From NCBI RefSeq assembly GCF_014252315.1, contig NZ_CP059216.1, positions 270,001 through 302,000 on the forward strand: a DNA stretch of 32,000 nucleotides, in the 5' to 3' direction. This document shows positions 28,782 to 32,000 of this stretch, in pieces. Position 1 is the stretch's first letter, and every line of letters begins with the position of its first letter. A program made the position numbers and the translations under genes. Origin of the DNA: Candidatus Saccharimonadota bacterium. GTDB taxonomy: Bacteria > Bacteroidota > Bacteroidia > Flavobacteriales > Blattabacteriaceae. The notes beneath the pieces were generated by a model. That model was not told where the DNA came from. It made no database searches and saw nothing but the letters and a program-made list of their open reading frames with translations.

Positions 28782-30632
28782 ATGAAAAAGAAAAAAATTA
28801 AAATGGAAAATACTATCCTTGGATTTTTTTTATTAGGAATAAGTATTTTTTTTATTATAAGTTTTTTTTCATTTTTTTTTCACTGGAAAAATGATCAAAG
28901 TCAATTAGAAATTATTCTTGATAAAGAAACAACAGTAGAAAATTTACTAGGAAAAACTGGAGCAATAATATCTCACTGTATGATTTATTGTGGAATAGGA
29001 ATTAGTGCTATATTTATTCCTATATTTTTATTTATATCAGGATTAAAATTTATAGTTTATAAAAAACTTATAATTAACAATATATATAAATATATGATAT
29101 ATGATTTCATGTTCTTTAGTATATGGATTCCTATAACTTTTTATTTATTTATTACTAATAAAGAAGGAGGATTATATAGTGGAATTTTTGGATTCGAAAT
29201 TGGAAATTTATTTATTTCATTATTTGGAAGAATAGGTACTTATATTATTATATTTACAAGCATAATTTCATACATTATTATTCTTTTTCAAAGAAAAAAA
29301 AAAAAAATAATATACAATAGTGTAATACAGTTATATCCAATTTTTGAATATTTAAAAAAAAAAACTTCAAAAGAAGAATCAAAAAAAATAAAAATATTAA
29401 ATAATGAATATCCTTTTTATTCAAAAAAACAAATAAATATATCTAATGATACAAACATTATAATAGAAAATAATAAAAAAAAAATTAATCAAATACTTGG
29501 TTATTATAAAATCAAAATTATTGATATAAAAGCTACTATTGGGCCTTCAATAACATTATATGAAGTATCTCCCCATATAGGTGTTCGTATATCTAAAATA
29601 AAAAATTTAGAAAAAGAAATTGCATTGAATTTATCAGCTACATCTATCCGTATTATAGCTCCTATTCCTGGAAAAGGAACTATAGGGATAGAAATTCCTA
29701 ATAATAAACGAAATATTGTACATATAAGTGATATTATTTTATCTGAAAAAAAAAATAAAAAAAATTGTAATATGGAAATTCCTATATTATTAGGAAAAAC
29801 AATTTTTAATGATGATTTTGTAGTAAATTTGATAGAAATGCCTCATATACTTATAGCAGGATCTACCGGTCAAGGTAAATCTGTAGGATTAAATTCTATA
29901 ATAATTTTTCTATTACATAAAAAAAATCCTAAAGACATCAAATTTATTCTAATTGATCCAAAGAGAGTAGAATTATCTATATATGAAAAAATATCTACAT
30001 CTTATCTAGCTATGTTGCCTCCTTATAATAATAAAAAGAGTACAGGAATTATAACTGATATGTATCAAGTAAAAAATGTATTAAATTCCTTGTGTAAAGA
30101 AATGGATAAAAGATATAAAACCTTGGAAAGGTATAAAGCAAGAAATATAAAAGAATACAACGAATATATTAAAAATAAAAAAATAAATTTTCCTTATATA
30201 ATATTAATTATAGATGAATTTGCAGATTTATGTATTTCATCAAAACATAATAAGAAAGAAACAAAACTTATAGAAAAATATTTAATACGATTATCCCAAC
30301 TTTCCAGAGCAGTAGGTATACATTTGATTATAGCTACACAAAGACCATCAGTTGATGTCATTACTGGATTAATAAAAGCTAATTTTCCTGCAAGAATTGC
30401 TTTTAAAGTAAGTTCAAAAGTTGATTCTATAACTATATTAGATTGTTCTGGAGCTGAAAAATTAATAGGAAAAGGAGATTTACTATTTTATAATAAAAAT
30501 GAATTAATTCGTTTACAATGTCCATTTATAAATTTATCAGATATTAAAAAAATTGTTAATTATTATGGAAATAAATCCTGTAAAGAAAATAAGTATTTTC
30601 TTCCGTATCCAACAAAAGATTTGGAAATATAA
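28782..30632 (+). CDS. ftsK: DNA translocase FtsK: membrane domain, short linker and alpha/beta motor, with no gamma domain
   Basis: N-terminal hydrophobic spans, Walker A IAGSTGQGKS, Walker B ILIIDEFADL, IHLIIATQRPSVDVITG and GKGDLLF. The protein ends 53 aa after GKGDLLF. Confidence 0.9.
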   Translation: MKKKKIKMENTILGFFLLGISIFFIISFFSFFFHWKNDQSQLEIILDKETTVENLLGKTGAIISHCMIYCGIGISAIFIPIFLFISGLKFIVYKKLIINNIYKYMIYDFMFFSIWIPITFYLFITNKEGGLYSGIFGFEIGNLFISLFGRIGTYIIIFTSIISYIIILFQRKKKKIIYNSVIQLYPIFEYLKKKTSKEESKKIKILNNEYPFYSKKQINISNDTNIIIENNKKKINQILGYYKIKIIDIKATIGPSITLYEVSPHIGVRISKIKNLEKEIALNLSATSIRIIAPIPGKGTIGIEIPNNKRNIVHISDIILSEKKNKKNCNMEIPILLGKTIFNDDFVVNLIEMPHILIAGSTGQGKSVGLNSIIIFLLHKKNPKDIKFILIDPKRVELSIYEKISTSYLAMLPPYNNKKSTGIITDMYQVKNVLNSLCKEMDKRYKTLERYKARNIKEYNEYIKNKKINFPYIILIIDEFADLCISSKHNKKETKLIEKYLIRLSQLSRAVGIHLIIATQRPSVDVITGLIKANFPARIAFKVSSKVDSITILDCSGAEKLIGKGDLLFYNKNELIRLQCPFINLSDIKKIVNYYGNKSCKENKYFLPYPTKDLEI

Positions 30633-30660
30633 AAACATTAAAATTATAAAAAAATTAGAT

Positions 30661-31794
30661 ATGTATCTAATTTTTTCATTCATATTTACTTTTATAGGAA
30701 TTTTTTCTTTAACATTTATTATATTTTTAATTCAATTTTTTTGTAGTCAATTAGATAAATTAACTGGAAAAGAAATTAGTGTATTATTAATAATAAAATA
30801 TATATTTTATATTGGTGTATCTGTTATACCATTAATATTTCCTATATCTATATTATTTACTTCTATTATAACGTTTGGAGAATTATCATATAACGGAGAA
30901 TTAATAGTTATAAAATCTTCAGGAATATCATTATTTAGAATATTAACTCCAGTTATTAGTATTATAATTATTTTTTCCATTGGAATTTATTTTTTTTCTG
31001 ATTTTATTGTGCCAAAAGCAGAAAAAAAAGCAAAAGAATTTGGATATCAAATTATATCTGCATCGTCATATTTAAGAAAAGGAATATTTACAAATATTAT
31101 TCCAAATTTGTTTATTAAAACAGATAAAAAATTGAAAAATAATACGTTTTGTAATATTATTATATATTTTAATGACTACGAAAATTTAACTACAAGTATA
31201 ATATATTCTGAAAAAGGAAAAATAATTTCATATCGAGAAAATAAATTTTTAAATATAAAATTAACTAACGGTTATATTTATAATTATAACATTGATTCAT
31301 TTAATAAAAAAAATATTCAGTATTACCGTTTAATACATTTCAATTCTATGATACAAAACTTTAAGCTTCCTTATTTTTTTTATAGTAAAAATAAGGAATT
31401 ATATAATGAATATGATTTTATATCATATCAAATGAAAGATTTGATAAAAAAAATAGATTTTTTGAAAAAAGAAAAAACTTATAATTTTTTAATATACAAA
31501 ATTAAATTTGAAATACAAAAAAGAATAACGTTTCCAATAACATGTATAATTATGTTTTTTATAGGATCTTCATTAGGATCTATTATTAGAAAGGGGGATA
31601 TTGGTTATCCAATTATAGTAGCATTAATAATATTTATTGTTTATTATATATTACTTATTGTAACTCAAAACAAAGTAGAAAAAAAAGAAATATCCCCATG
31701 TATTGGAGCTTGGATTCCAAACTTAGTTTTTCTACCGTTTAGTGTATGGATAACTTATAAATCTACAATTGATGATTATTATTATTACTATTGA
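30661..31794 (+). CDS. LptF/LptG-family (YjgP/YjgQ) permease. The exact start is uncertain.
   Basis: Multi-pass membrane protein with the family's N-terminal KKLDxYLI motif and a large central periplasmic segment. The first ATG after the ftsK stop is 30661. The track ORF begins at TTG 30553 (next in-frame ATG at 30565), inside ftsK. Confidence 0.78.
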   Translation: MYLIFSFIFTFIGIFSLTFIIFLIQFFCSQLDKLTGKEISVLLIIKYIFYIGVSVIPLIFPISILFTSIITFGELSYNGELIVIKSSGISLFRILTPVISIIIIFSIGIYFFSDFIVPKAEKKAKEFGYQIISASSYLRKGIFTNIIPNLFIKTDKKLKNNTFCNIIIYFNDYENLTTSIIYSEKGKIISYRENKFLNIKLTNGYIYNYNIDSFNKKNIQYYRLIHFNSMIQNFKLPYFFYSKNKELYNEYDFISYQMKDLIKKIDFLKKEKTYNFLIYKIKFEIQKRITFPITCIIMFFIGSSLGSIIRKGDIGYPIIVALIIFIVYYILLIVTQNKVEKKEISPCIGAWIPNLVFLPFSVWITYKSTIDDYYYYY

Positions 31795-31814
31795 AAAAAT
31801 CAATAGATTGATTT

Positions 31815-32000
31815 ATGATTATTATTAATCCAAATAAAAATTTAGATTATATTGAAGAAGCTATAAATGATATAAAAAATGGAAAAATTATTATTATAAT
31901 AGATAATAAAAATCGTGAAAATGAAGGTGATTTTATAGTATCAGCTGAAAAAATTACTACAAAAATCGTTAATTTTTTTATTACTCACGGAAGAGGATTA
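31815..32000 (+). CDS. ribB: 3,4-dihydroxy-2-butanone-4-phosphate synthase (RibB, possibly a RibBA fusion). Only the N-terminal 62 codons are present and it continues beyond the window.
   Basis: Hand translation from ATG 31815 gives [62 protein letters not shown]. The DxxxRENEGD and HGRG motifs are diagnostic. Confidence 0.88.
   Translation, partial: MIIINPNKNLDYIEEAINDIKNGKIIIIIDNKNRENEGDFIVSAEKITTKIVNFFITHGRGL

Noticed and set aside
1-32000. An alternative genetic code (TGA read as Trp), as in some tiny symbiont genomes.
   Set aside because: TGA terminates rpe, mntH, rplI and the aminotransferase at positions consistent with normal protein lengths. All conserved proteins are full-length under the standard code, with no internal TGA.
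1-32000. A search for CRISPR arrays, transposases or IS ends, integrases, prophage genes, toxin-antitoxin pairs, restriction-modification or other defence or secretion systems.
   Set aside because: None was found. Every ORF longer than 100 aa is a recognisable housekeeping gene, the only repeat is the 21-bp array inside rpsR (no spacers), and the non-coding gaps are too short to hide a gene.

Overview
This window is an extremely AT-rich, almost gap-free stretch of housekeeping genes. It looks like the reduced genome of a Bacteroidetes (Flavobacteriia-type) insect endosymbiont. The gene set and protein signatures are Blattabacterium-like, but that is an inference and was not verified by any search.

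I can support 27 protein-coding genes and one tRNA:
- Partial genes at the two window edges: lysS and ribB.
- Complete genes: lipB, mtaB, a 2-Cys peroxiredoxin, dnaG, rpe, fabI and metK.
- A four-gene Phe/Tyr operon: pheA, an aminotransferase, tyrA, and a DAHP synthase/chorismate mutase fusion.
- mntH, then rpsF-rpsR-rplI, gltX, mnmE, prmC, ligA, lon, lysA and tRNA-Ser(UGA).
- metG, a stand-alone 5'-3' exonuclease, nadD, ftsK and an LptF/G-family permease.

The standard bacterial code applies, since TGA is used as a stop. The supplied ORF track counts TTG and GTG as start codons. I therefore trimmed several genes to the ATG that restores the conserved N-terminus.

I found no mobile elements, CRISPR array, defence, toxin or secretion locus, and no unexplained multi-gene system. 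All non-coding gaps are 183 bp or shorter, or about 174 bp between pheA and my trimmed mntH start.

The features worth a second look are signs of genome erosion or possible rescue:
1. Two conserved genes, mtaB and prmC, are each broken by exactly one missing base inside a long homopolymer (A13 and T10). Either this is a homopolymer sequencing error, or expression depends on transcriptional slippage.
2. The DnaG primase has lost all four CHC2 zinc ligands.
3. A perfect 4 x 21-bp in-frame tandem repeat extends ribosomal protein S18.
4. FtsK lacks the gamma domain, and PolA is reduced to its 5' nuclease domain.
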